Shown piece by piece: positions 51,850 through 64,000 of a stretch of DNA of 64,000 nt. A model generated the notes under the pieces. That model searched no databases, was not told where the DNA came from, and worked only from the letters and a program-made list of their open reading frames with translations. The DNA comes from Macrostomum lignano (Eukaryota): assembly GCA_002269645.1 (NCBI GenBank), contig NIVC01003789.1, forward strand, positions 62,001 to 126,000, read 5' to 3'. The position numbers were made by a program, and so were the translations under genes. Position 1 is the first letter of the stretch. Each line of letters opens with the position of its first letter.

Positions 51850-54800
51850 TGCTGAGCAACTAAAGTCCTCGGCAGGGACCTTAGTGCTGGCTTGGCTGCT
51901 GGATGGCGCTGCCCCCGTTGGCGCGTCCAGCCATCCCGTTTCCCGAGCTGCCATTGTGCTGGGGCGCGGTGCTGGCTGACCACTGGTGCGGGCACTCATC
52001 GGCGTGGTGCTCGCGATTGCACCTGTAACACATAGTGCTCTGTTGCCGCAGCTGATAGGGCGGTGGGCGTGAACCCGACTGTTGCTGCCACTGCGGCTGC
52101 TGCTGCTGCTGCTGTTGTTGTTGTTGTTGTTTAAGCTGGCAAATCCGGGGGCGGTTCTCCCGGCCACTCCACCACCACCACCGGCCGCAACCCCTGGAGC
52201 CACCTCCAGAACTCCAACGGCCGCGCCGTGGTGTCCGTAAGGCTACTGACGCCCTCAATCCCGTACCGCCTTCTACCTCTCGCAAGCGCCAAACAGTTGC
52301 ATATGTGCTCCACCGTCTCCACCTCCTCCTCGCACGCCCTGCACGCCGCACTGCCGTCATTGCCCAGCTTGGCTCGGTAACCAGCCAGGTCCAGCGAGTG
52401 ACCCGTCCGGAAACGCCTGAAGCGAACGGCCTCCTCCCTGCTGCGAAACGGTAGCTCCGGCGGCTTCCTGCCCTTAGCACCGTAGGTCGCTTTGCTCCGG
52501 TCATGCTTCCACTCCTCCTGCCTTCGCAGCCACTGACTGAGCTCACGCGCCACCGTACTGGAGAGGACTCCAACACCGCCTTGGTCTAATTGCGTCGCCT
52601 CGCCTGCCACCTTGTCCGCCGCTTCATTCCCCCACAAGCCGCTATGTCCCGCCACCCAACCCAGCTGCACCTCAATGCCCGTCTCTCCCAGCCTCTCCAG
52701 CCTGCAACGGGCCTCCGCGGCCAGCGGGTTCTTGCCACTCCTCGCAATGGCTGCCAGCCCGCTTTGGCTGTCGCTGATCATCACAGCCGCCTGCCCGTCC
52801 CGCAACTCCTCCTCCATCCACCTCAATCCCAGCAGAATGGCCCTGAGCTCCGCCTGCGTGGATGAGCAAGGTGAGCCCGCCGGCGCTCTCAGCTCGGCTA
52901 GCACCGTCCGCTTGCCCTCCCGGTCATTGTCGCTCGGAGCGCACACCACCGCTCCCGCCCCTCCTTTGCCGTTTTCCACAGACCCATCGGTGTAGATGAT
53001 GCAGTCTGGCCTCCTCTGCTCCATCAGCAGTCCAATTCTTTCCAGCGCCTTCCTCTTGTCTTCCTCCGCCACTCCCTCTCTCTTCCCGAGTGCCTTCACC
53101 ACTGCCTCCTGGCCTCTTCTCCACGGCTTCTCCAGCGGTCGTTCCTCCAACGGCGCTACCACCATACTCGCCCTAACAAGCAGCTCCTCCGCCTGACTCC
53201 GCCAGCCCCGCCTCGACAGTCGCTGCCTGGGTCGAGAGTCGGCCAGACGCCGTCTGCTGTCCTCCGTCTTGTGCCTGCGCCATCGATCCAGCTTCGCCGC
53301 CCAGCGCGCCTGACAAATCTGACGCACGGGCACCAGTCCGCTCTCCGCTTGCAGGGCCTCGACCGGGGTAGTAGCCACCGCTCCCGTCATAATCCTCGCC
53401 GCGCACCTCTGCAAAACCTCCAGCCGCTGCCAGTCCACGTTCGCGAGCCAGGGCGTCCAGGCAGGAGCACCGTACAGTAGCCGGCTCTGCATCAAGGCCA
53501 CATAGGTCTGCCTGCCCAGCTTCAGGTCCCAGCCCCAGCTGCTGCTCGACACCCGCCGAAGTAGCGCCAGCTTCTTCCTACCTTCCGCGATGACTCCGTT
53601 CAAGTGCATCTTGAACGTGAGTCGCCTGTCGTAGGTGAGGCCAAGGAACCGTGGCTCACGGCACCACGTCAGCGGTCTGCCTCCCAGGCGCACATCATGC
53701 TCTAGCGGCTCGACTTCTTGCTTTTGGGTGCTGAAGCAGGTCAGGGAACACTTGCCCGCCGCGAGAGGCAGCAGCCACCTGTCGCTCCAGCTTTCCACCT
53801 GCGCCGCCGCTTCCGCCTGGACCTCCATCAGCCGCTCCATCTTGTTGCCGCTAGTCCACGTCGCCAAATCGTCCGCGAACTGCTGCTGCTGCTGCTGCTG
53901 TCGACGTTGACCTCCTGCTGGCGGCGTCCTTGGCGGTGGGTTGCTGCCATCTCGTGGTTGCTGAAGTCGATAGAACTGCTCGTGCTGCACAATCCGTGTG
54001 CCGGGTGTCTTGAATTGGGCGCTCTTATCGGCGCTGCGGCGAGGAGTCGAGGGCACCAAACATCTGTTGCGTTGGCCCCAAGAGTCCTGCGGCTGGTGGC
54101 GAGCAGATTCCCAATGCTCCTGGGTGTCGTTATTGCGCGGTACCAGCGAGTGAAACTCTCACAGCCCATTGCTCAAAGCTTCTAGTAGACGTTGCTGCTC
54201 TTGCAGTGTCTCAGTTTGCTGTTCTATCACTTCATGCAACCAATTCTCCTCGGGCCAAGATGACTTGTCGTGTTGCACTCCAGTTGGTGACTAACCATCG
54301 TCATCCTCAAGAACCCGGACATGTCTCGCTGCTAGCGGCGGTGCTACCCTCTGAGCCAGACTAGCTGCTGTCTCCAGGCGTAGCACAGCCCTTCTCGCTG
54401 TGGTCAGATTCTGCGGTCGCACCAGGATTAGCTGTTCTCTGGCTGACTGGGCAATTTGCACTCCCACAGTGAACTGGTCCACTAGCTCGACTTGCTTCTG
54501 AACCAGGGTGAAGTGCAGGAACGCTCTATCGGCCAGAGCAATTAATCGATCGCCATAGTCATCCACACTCTCATTCTTGCCTTGCTGGCAGCACCGGAAT
54601 TGCTCACGGTACTCCAGCGTGTCAGCCACGTGCGTGAAGCGCTTGGACAATCTCTGCTTGAATTCGCCAAACGTCAGATTGTCCGGCAGTTCCATCCTGA
54701 CGACTGCAGGATAGGTGGTGGCGATGTCCAAATTCACTAAGACTTCCGCCTTCTTACATCTGTCGTCCACAATCCCGTTGAGTTCGCAACGCTCCTCGAG

Positions 54801-55058
54801 AGCCTGGATCCAGACATCAAAGTCCTGGTTCGGAGTGTACCGCTGAATCTTGACCGGTTTCGGCGCTGGAGCTCAGTCAGGCTGTTGGGGCGGCTGATAC
54901 ACGTGGTGATGGTGCTGCAGCTGTCCCAAGTCGCCGTCGCACCTCTTTGGTCACTGCTCGAATCATCTCGTCGTAGGTTGGCCTAGTAGTTGAGTTGTTG
55001 GGGCCCGCGGTGTCGGCTGTCGCATCCGCGGTCGTTGAGTTAGTTGTCGAAGCCATGA
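51850..55058 (-). pseudogene. Gypsy gag, split by a LINE insertion
   Basis: Gag-like 54291-54770 (EYREQFRCCQQGKNESVDDY), polyQ interrupted at 53880/52114, CCHC knuckle CYRCNREHHADEC at ~51990-52030. Confidence 0.8.
52114..53880 (-). mobile_element. 5'-truncated I-group LINE (RT C-terminus, RNase H, zinc motif) with (CAA)n tail
   Basis: Begins at FADD and contains FLGLTYDRRLTF, YTDGS, ISDSQS, WVAGH..GNEAAD and CRAC..EH..C. Stop at 52131 directly followed by (CAA)n; (CAG)n on both flanks. Confidence 0.92.
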
Positions 55059-57067
55059 CGTAAATTTTGAACGACTCGTTGAAGGGATTTTGGCGTTTCG
55101 TTATCCCACTTAGCTGACCACCAATGAGGTGGGGGTGGAGAAGAATTTTCTTGGAACTCTCGGTTTCGAAATATGCTGACACTAGTGAAGTGGGGCGGAT
55201 TCCTCGTTTGAATTGCCGCCGGCATTGTAGAAGCACGAATAAAGCCAGAAAATGCAAAAATTGATGCACTGACTCTTCTCCTTGGATACTCCATCTGCCA
55301 GGTCCTCAATTCCGGGGGGAGGGTAGTTGTAATCGTAGTTGAGCAGTCTTGTAGCAGCCCAAGTCGTTCAGAAGGGGTCCTCAGACACCGTAAACTCGTA
55401 ATTCGTTGAGATTGCTAGTTGTGTTATTCTCAGTAGTAAAGAAGTGCTGCCACCACCGTAAATGTCGTTTTATGGAATGTTGAGGGTCTCAGAGCTTTCT
55501 TTGAGTTGAGACTGATTGGTTATTTTATGCCCCGCGAGCAAGAAACTCAATATAAACTAGAGGCTTCGATTAAGACCGACTGGATAAATATTAATGATAT
55601 TTGCGAACTTATTATTATTTCGTTATTATTATTATCGTTTAATTTTGTGGTAGTCAGTGATTAAGAAATTGTTATTACTCACAAAGTTAATTGATTAAAA
55701 GACAAGCTAATTGACTAATAAATGAAATTAGGCGATAGAGTAATTGTTACATACTACAATTAGATGGATGATTATGAGACAGTGCCATGCAACTATCAGA
55801 AAACTAACAAGGCTAAGTTGAGTCACGGCCTATAAGATCAAACTAAAACAACCAAGAAGAAAGAAGAAAGGGGGGAGGGGGGTTGACAAACTAAAGCAAC
55901 GCCAAAGATTAAATACCAAAAGAATGCAAAAAAAACAATCAGGGGGACACCAGAGGGAACACAGGGAAAAAGTGGAAAAAGTGGACAAACCCGGGTGGAA
56001 AACGGCAAAACAAAGTGGGACCAAGGGAAGGGGCAACTGATAGACCAGAGGTGGGAACAACGGGGGGAAGAAGACAGTTCAACCAGGAGAGCCGAAATGA
56101 CGCCAAAGAATCGTCCGCCGGGTGGAAGCATTCCGCGTCGCCAACTGTTGCCGAAGCCCCAGTGGTAGACCGGCCTACCATAGTATGAAAACAAAACTTT
56201 CGACACTTGTAGATTTTTGCATTGCGCATCCAACTGCACTGCTTTGAAGCCCAAAATCAAAAAGCTTTGTAGGAAAAAGGGGCAAAATAATAAAATGAGG
56301 GTCATTTTTTACCCAAAAAACCTACCAAAACTGTATAAAGATGCAGAAATAAATCAAAGCGCCATATACAATTTTGTTTGAAAAGTTTGAACTGATATGC
56401 TGTCTGTCTAGAGTTTGTAAATAGCCACTTACACGATCAATTCATGTGTCATTACTAATTTGTCATTACAGTTGGCAATTGAGGAAAGAAATACACATTT
56501 TTGTGCACAAAACTTTTGTGAAAGAAACAATGAAGTTACATTAAAGGTGCGGGCCAAATTACAATAATTAAGATTAAGAAAGTTTGTAGCCCATAAAGAA
56601 AGTATTTGCGGGCTGGATCTGGCCTGTGGGCCAGAGGTTGCCAACCCCTGAAATAAAAAGTAAAACAGGATATTTTGGTCATTAGTGAGTAGTACAAAAT
56701 GAGCCTTCTTGAGACTATAATTAATTATTTATTTATAGTAAAACAGTGAAAAATTGTGAAGCAGTCAACTTGGACTTCAAAAAATATTTCTAGTGGTTAT
56801 TATTCATTTATTCAACTATATTAATAAGGCATAAAAATAATAGTTTCTATCAAAGCTTTTTTTAAACTTATCCATCTTTTAAAATGCCTTTTCTGATACA
56901 TTATCTTCAAACAAATGTTTGCAGATTTGTTTCTTATCATTTATTGCACTTTTTTGCTATGCTATCCATATTGCTAAAATGCCTATGAAAATAAACAATA
57001 AAAATGGTGAACTTTAAATTATGCTTGTTTAGTTATTTAAAATATATTTGTTTCATTATATTTATAA

Positions 57068-57248
57068 CTAAAAAGTACCAGATTTCCCTTTAAATAGAAA
57101 TAAAAGATATGCTGTGCTTTATTTTACTGCTATCAATGAACAATGATATTAAAATATACTAAAGCTCATTGCTAGCTTTTGTATAGGCCTATGTTATATT
57201 ACCAATATTGCTTAATATTAGGTTAAAATATAAAATTCTGCATAGGAT
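57068..57248. repeat. ~180-bp segment duplicated at 60357-60538
   Basis: Near-identical text from ctaaaaagtaccagatttccc to attctgcataggat at both positions. Confidence 0.9.
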
Positions 57249-58765
57249 TTTTTAAATTTAATTTAATTTTGTTTTATTGAATATTTATCAATTATATATA
57301 TAGGCTTTAGCCTATTTAGTCTTGTCCAATGATTCCTATATATACATACCATATATATACTATATATATTGTTTTACTAGCCTAAATGATCTATTAGTAT
57401 TAGTTTTAAATATATACTATGAATTAGACTTATTTCCTATGTTAAGTTAAAAATATATATATTGGCTTGCATGATATAGAATTAGATCAACATAATAGAT
57501 TAGCATATCAAGATTGAATTTGGCTTTTCTATTATCAAGATCTCTATCTCCATTTTACAAAATCTATACACTAATTTTGCACTGTTTGTTTGTTAGTCAG
57601 TCAGTCAGTCAATCTGTTGTTAATTTTTTTAGAACCCTCTGGCCAATTTTTTTCAAATTTGCATTAAAAATTGTAATTTTTTCAACAATCATGCAAAACT
57701 TTTTTGTTGAAAAATTTTAATGGAAAGTAGGTCAAATATTCAAAAAAACTATTTTTTAATGCTTCCAATGGACGCTCTATTGCTAAATTTAATTGTTCAA
57801 TTCAACCATTTAGTCCTCTCCTTGACCAATGTACAATGTAGGATGTACATTCACAATGATCCTTTGCACAATTTGTGGGGTTGGTTGAATTTTATTATTG
57901 TTTACCAACCAATCTAATAGATAAATGATAAAAGAGTGGGTGCATAGGGGGTTAAAAAGCTGGCCTGAAATTTATCAACCCCCTAAACTGCACTGGGGGC
58001 TGGAGGCAGTAGCTAATGTGCCCAATTAATTCAGATTCATTTGGCCAATTGGTATATAAAATTTATACCAATTCTTAGTGAGTCAACTATTTGAAAAACA
58101 AAAACAAATGCAGGCTTGGGTTGAGGAATGAAGTGGGGTGCAAGGGTTTTGTTGGATAGATTAAAGCCCCCAATCAGTTTTCTTGCATCTTTTATTGCAG
58201 AATATTCCAAGAGAAATTGATCACTGGTGCATAGAGTGGCGACTTTTCAATGTTGCTGTATATATATAAAATTTCAAACAGTGAAAAAATAAATTTGGAA
58301 GTTGGTCAAATGATGTTTTTCTTGCTTTTAATGTTTGGATTTTGAATTTGAATGGCCCATTGGGGCTTAATGCACTAGTTTAGACTACTTATTTTATAAA
58401 ATTTGTCTTAATGCTTATTTGCTTTGCTTTTGGGTAAGATTTTAGGATTACTAAGACGCAAATTAGTAATCCTAATCCTGATAACCACATAATATCAGGA
58501 CATACCAAGGCATATCAGTACACACCAAGGCACACCAGGACACACTAAAACAAAGGCTAAAAAGTTTTATTTTCAGCAAAATGTACATCAAATAGTATTA
58601 CAGAATTAGCAATAATATATAATAATATCCAAATAGATTGCTCAAATTTATATTTCAAACTCTTACATGTTAATACTGTTTGTTACATTGTAAACAGTAT
58701 TATCTGGGTTTCATCCATGATTATAAATTATCATTATGCAACATTTCAATGCGGTCAAAGCAGAC

Positions 58766-60588
58766 ATGTCAATTCTGGTAATGTCCCTTTGCCTAGCCGG
58801 CAGTCTGGCGCTCCTGTTCCTGGCTGTCTACCTGTTGATGACCCTCTCCGATCTGGACTGCGACTATTTGAATGTTCGGGAAGCCTGCGACCGGCTCAAC
58901 AAATGGGTATGGCCGGAGGCTGCTGTGGCCGCTGCTGTGCCCATCCTGCTGCTGCTGACCCTGCACTGGGTCCTGTTCCTGCTGTCAGCGCCTCTGCCCT
59001 GCTACCTCATTTATCGCTGCTTAACCCTGCCGAAAGGTCAGATCGGCTTGTTCGATCCGTTCGAAATCAATAATCGCAACTATATTAAACGGGCGATGTA
59101 CTTTTGCACCTTTAAGCTCGTGCATTACCTGCTTCTGTTCTTTGTCCTGCTGTACAGGTGCGTTTGGGTTCACTTTATCTGTCTGAATCTGCCATACCGC
59201 TCCCTGCTCCCCACAGTGCCTGATTCTGCCACCCCGCTCCCTGCTCCCCACAGTGCCTGGATCTGCTACATCGCTCCCTGCTCTCCCAGTGCCTGAATCT
59301 GCCACACCGCTCCCTGCCCCCCCAGTGCCTGAATCTGCCACACCGCTCCCTGCTCCCCCAGTGCCTGAATCTGCCACACCGCTCCCTGCTCTCCCAGTGC
59401 CTGAATCTGCCACACCGCTCCCTGCTCTCCCAGTGCCTGAATCTGCCACACCGCTCCCTGCTCCCCAGTGCCTGAATCTGCCACACCGCTCCCTGCTCTC
59501 CCAGTGCCTGAATCTGCCTCACCGCTCCCTGCTCCCCAGTGCCTGAATCTGCCACACCGCTCCCTGCTCCCCCAGTGCCTGAATCTGCCACACCGCTCCC
59601 TGCTCCCCCCAGTGCCTGAATCTGCCACACCGCTCCCTGCTCCCCCAGTGCCTGGATCTGCCACACCGCTCCCTGCTCCCCCAGTGCCTGAATCTGCCAC
59701 ACCGCTCCCTGCTCCCCCAGTGCCTGAATCTGCCACACCGCTCCCTGCTCCCCCAGTGCCTGAATCTGCCACACCGCTCCCTGCTCCCCCAGTGCCTGAA
59801 TCTGCCACACCGCTCCCTGCTCCCCAGTGCCTGAATCTGCCACACCGCTCCCTGCTCCCCCAGTGCCTGGATCTGCCACACCGCTCCCTGCTCCCCCAGT
59901 GCCTGGATCTGCCATCGCTCCCTGCTCCCCCAGTGCCTGAATCTGCCACACACCGCTCCCTGCTCCCCCAGTGCCTGGATCTGCCACACCGCTCCCTGCT
60001 CCCCCAGTGCCTGGATCTGCCATCGCTCCCTGCTCCCCCAGTGCCTGAATCTGCCACACCGCCCCCGCTCACTCAGTGCCTGGATCTGCCACACCGCTCC
60101 CTGCTCCCCCAGTGCCTGGATCTGCCATCGCTCCCTGCTCCCCCAGTGCCTGAATCTGCCACACCGCCCCCCGCTCACTCAGTGCCTGGATCTGCCACAC
60201 CGCTCCCTGCTCCCCCAGTGCCTGGATCTGCCATCGCTCCCTGCTCCCCCAGTGCCTGAATCTGCCACACCACCCCCCGCTCACTCAGTGCCTGGATCTG
60301 CCACACACCGCTCCCTGCTCACTCAATGCCTGAATCTGCCACCCCGCTCCCTAAAACTAAAAAGTACCAGATTTCCCTTTAAATAGAAATAAAAGATATG
60401 CTGTGCTTTGTTTTACTGCTATCAATGAACAATGATATTAAAATATACTAAAGCTCATTGCTAGCTTTTGTATAGGCCTATGTTATATTACCAATATTGC
60501 TTAATAATTAGGTTAAAATATAAAATTCTGCATAGGATCACCCCGCTTCAATTGCAGCATAATCTACTATCTGGTGGCCGGTGAATAG
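58766..60588 (+). CDS. CNIH4: Cornichon homolog 4-like ER cargo receptor (2 exons, ~140 aa)
   Basis: Exon 58766-59157 has LSDLDCDYLN..CDRLNKWVWPE..GLFDPFEINNR. A phase-2 GT-AG intron leads to exon 60558-60588, giving ..LLYSIIYYLVAGE*. Confidence 0.88.
59180..60350. repeat. Intronic minisatellite, ~33-bp unit
   Basis: About 35 copies of cagtgcctgaatctgccacaccgctccctgctcccc with variant units. This explains the many repetitive ORFs listed here. Confidence 0.97.
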
Positions 60589-62214
60589 AGATCCAACAGT
60601 CAGTCCCGAATCGAACTGAGTGCCAGCACTGTGCCAATCTTTGTTTTCTATTTTGTTCTTTTTTAATCAAATATGCAATGTTTTGTACTTGCTAGCTAGA
60701 TAAATTTTAGTTTGTGTAAATATCTTAGTATTGCTTGTGAACTTGTACAGTGCAGTAGCGTATTAGGTTTAATTTATCTGAAACCCACTGTTTAGACATG
60801 TCACATATTAATTATTTCCCTTTTTTATTAATTATCTAGGTGTAACACAAAAATTATTTTACATTTACAACACGCATTCAATATTTGTACTTTGCGAACT
60901 GCACATGCCATTTTATTTTCTTACTGATTCTCGTATTAAATTGCCTACGGTCACGTGATCTGTATCAAATTAATAAAACTTGAATGGAATTTTTTGCCAA
61001 CAACAGGATGTTCTGGCGCGGCTTTTGGAAAGAAATTATTTTGTTGAATGCTTGACAGTGTTGCTTCTTTGACAATGTTGGCTCTCGGTCTGACAATTCT
61101 GTCGACCAGATCTGGATCACTATAACTTAGGGATCCATGAGCTTATCGAGTAGTAGTAGTCGACTCTGCTGTATTTATATATCAATTTGAAGAGAGCAGC
61201 AAGGACGTCTAAAGTACGTTTTTGTAGATGAAGAAATGTTGAACTGGGTCAGACTTTGGACTGTTTGTGACTTGTGGGTCATCGAAAACCCCATCATATT
61301 TTCGCGGGAGTTGGAAGCAATCAATCCACGCCTTATCACAGTGCTTCGCCACTACTTTACAGTTTGCATATACATGTAGACGTAGGTCGTAGATCTTATT
61401 TGGAGCCAAGAAAAAAAACAGTACAAGTATCGTGTTTCTGTTGTTTTATCTGGATTTATGTATTACGAGCTTTGTTTCGCTTAAAAGTCGTCACGCACAT
61501 TTATACCCATGTAACAGTACGGTATTTCGATCTACCGGAAAATTTTACTCAAGGGACGACCAAGGGTTTACGTTGCTAAAAAGGTATGTACATGCATGTA
61601 GGTTCTCGAATCAGAATTTGCGTGATTTTGTGTACGTGAATAATTATTAAAAAGTAATAGCAACTAAGACCTTGAGACAAGCAACTTGCGTATTTAGGGG
61701 ATAGGTTTGTCCGCGTCTATGGAGGTTATAATATTTCTCATTTCTGAGAAATTTGCTATTTTAACATTAAATTTAAACGAAATTGTATTTTCTGCCACTT
61801 TTCTTCTATTTTTATATCTTAATGTTCTTTTTCTTTTAACCAAAGTTAACCCTACATTCGGAGTACTTATGCATGCTGGCCAACGCAACAGGGAAAAGCT
61901 TGGAAAAACGGCGGGCTTAGCGCTTTTATAATTAAAACAAACTTAGATTTGCAAAACATAAATAGTTTAAGTTGTGATTTCGTACACTAAGAAATAAAAA
62001 AATGAAGTCAAAATTCGTTTTCTTCTTTTATATTTTATGATATAAAATTATTTTTAAATATTTGCGGTGGCAATTCAGTGGTTTGATTTAGCTTTTCTGA
62101 AGTTTTTATCATCACGGATATTGTTTCCATTTTTGTAATCAAAGTAATTCGAGCTTTTCTATAATTATTTCCTTTAGATTATCAGTCCTCGGACTAGAAA
62201 AATAATTGGATATC

Positions 62215-63906
62215 ATGGCAGATAATGTTAAAGTCGCCGTTCGTGTTCGCCCATTCATATCCTTTTGACATTGCTCAGTAGTGCTGCTGTACGTTATGCA
62301 TTGTCAATATATCAATTATACTAGGTGGCATTTTTCGTTTTTAAATCATTTTTGTCAAAGATTTTAGTTTTCAACAAAAGGATTAAGACGTTACTAATGA
62401 GACACATAAAATATTACGTAAGCGTGTACATCTGTAGATACACAGACGTTGACGTCACTTTTTGTATGCTATAAATATACATATGCAAGGATCTAATATT
62501 TATTTATAGCATAGAATACAATATAGATAGAAGATTTAACTTATTATGTATTTATTAAAAGAACTGTCTTTTATAGTAAAAATTATCACAAATGTTTACG
62601 TTTTGACTTGTTTGATAATAATTAGCGAAGTGAATTGGGTGTCATTTGTTAGTTTTTAAAAAAAAACATGAAGGATGTCATGAAAATTTGTTTAATATAA
62701 AGAGCTAAAGCATAAGTTCTGAACTACAAGCTGTGGGTATTATGGTTTTAAATCCAATAAATCAATTTACATTTTACAAACGATTCACCATACACCTAAC
62801 CATTCAAAGATATTTTGCTAATTACTATTTTTTAAACTTTGATTTTAGCCATATTTATAACAGATTATAACTTTATATCGTCTTTAGAAGTTATGTTTGA
62901 TTAATTTCATAAATTTTACCACGGTGCTACTTAACCTAATTAATAATCGAAAAATTATCATTATTTTTATTTTTCTTAACCGCGCACTTTTGAATCGCAA
63001 CCCTGACACAATGAGCGCGAGAGGACTCGCGGCAGCAAGCTCATCATCAAGATGGACGGCACCCAGACTGTCATCACCGACCCGGCCAGCGGCCAGGATA
63101 AAAAATTTGCCTTCGACTATTCCTATTGGTCACACGACGGCTTCACGGAGCAGGAAAACGGCTACTTTGCCCCGGCCAGCGCCAAGTACGCTGATCAGGT
63201 GAGAGATTTGGCCGGGTGCTCCTGGCGTGCCATGCAACTTCAGATTCCTACAGTGAGCTGCCATCCCCATCTCACCAATCCTTCAGTGAGCTGTCATCCC
63301 CATCTCACCAATCCCTCAGTGATCTGCCATCCCCATCTCACCAATCCTTCAGTGATCTGCCATCCCCATCTCACCAATCCTTCAGTGATCTGCCATCCCC
63401 ATCTCACCAATCCTTCAGTGATCTGCCATCCCTATCTCACCAATCCTTCAGTGATCTGCCATCCCTATCTCACCAATCCTTCAGTGATCTGCCATCCCCA
63501 TCTCACCAATCCTTCAGTGATTAAGCATATTTAGGAGTAAACTTCAATCATTCCAACGCTAAAATCCACTATCAATTCTCAATCGCAGCAAAAAGTATTC
63601 AACGACCTTGGCCGAGGCGTCCTTGACAACGCCTGGGAGGGCTACAACTGCAGCCTGTTCGCCTACGGACAGACCGGTAGCGGCAAGAGCTACTCAATGA
63701 TTGGCTACCAGGCCAACAAGGGCATTGTGCCCATCGCGTGCGAGGACCTGTTCAAAGCCATCGAGGCCAAGAAGCCGGAGATGAAAGCTGGCGAGGAATA
63801 CCAGGTATCGCTGAGCATGATCGAGATCTATAATGAGCAGGTGCGCGACCTTCTCGTGTCCAAAACTGTCAAAGGCGGCTTGAAAATTCGCCAGCACCCC
63901 AACAAG
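62215..63906 (+). CDS. Kinesin-3 family motor (KIF28-like), 5' exons only
   Basis: Exons 62215-62256 (MADNVKVAVRVRPF), 63010-63198 (NERER..FAFDYSYWSHDG) and 63589-63906 (P-loop GQTGSGKS, SMIEIYNEQVRDLL). All are in frame, and the gene continues beyond the window. Confidence 0.93.
62257..63009 (+). other. U12-type (minor spliceosome) AT-AC intron
   Basis: 5' site ATATCCTTTT, branch site TTCTTAAC at ~62973-62980, 3' end AC at 63008-63009. Splicing restores the conserved VRPF-NERE. Confidence 0.9.
63250..63520. repeat. Intronic minisatellite, 30-bp unit, ~9 copies
   Basis: Repeated cagtgatctgccatccccatctcaccaatcctt. Confidence 0.95.
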
Positions 63907-64000
63907 GTAAGTTGGAGATCTAGAGCAGGTTCAGGAGGTGGATGGTCGCTCGTCCGATAGCCCTTAGGTAGATATCTGGAGAGATCTGAGTTGGGGCCGA

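Larger units (their letters stand above)
44227..56182 (-). mobile_element. Full-length, decayed Ty3/Gypsy element with ~1.04-kb LTRs
   Basis: LTRs 44227-45265 and 55125-56182 are visibly diverged. 4-bp TSD GTAT at 44223-44226 and 56183-56186; PBS TGGTGG next to 55125. Confidence 0.9.

Noticed and set aside
52131-54059. 642-aa ORF as a functional gag-RT fusion gene
   Set aside because: It is a chance in-frame junction between gag polyQ and a 5'-truncated LINE that lacks most of RT.
59021-60284. Long repetitive ORFs in several frames (WQIQALGEQGAV, PESATPLPAPP)
   Set aside because: They are translations of an intronic 33-bp minisatellite. The real CNIH4 frame splices around it.
59180-60350. 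CRISPR-like array (also 12227-12462 and 63250-63520)
   Set aside because: Contiguous tandem units with no unique spacers and no cas genes, in a eukaryotic context.

Overview
Eukaryotic (animal) genomic DNA. The coding style (GC-rich exons, poly-Ala/Gln tracts, short introns) is flatworm-like, for example Macrostomum; this is a guess only. About 1-56 kb is a dense nest of mobile elements. The right end holds two host genes: a CNIH4-like cornichon and the 5' part of a kinesin-3 whose first intron is a U12-type AT-AC intron. The main discovery candidate is an unclassified DNA element family present as two diverged copies or pieces (1-8.5 kb and 24.4-32.7 kb). It combines a spliced gene for a CRESS-virus-like SF3 helicase with a C2H2-finger/tyrosine-recombinase gene. 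It is bounded by CCATAGAC...GTCTATGG ends and carries a conserved lox-like palindrome downstream of the recombinase. No RT, capsid, polymerase or clear HUH nuclease is visible in it. The window also contains a Mutator transposase fused to a USP (C19) deubiquitinase domain, two full-length Gypsy elements with TSDs, a piggyBac remnant, Crypton fragments, I-group LINE fragments (one inserted in a CAG tract), MITEs and minisatellites. All translations and alignments were done by eye; no database search was run.
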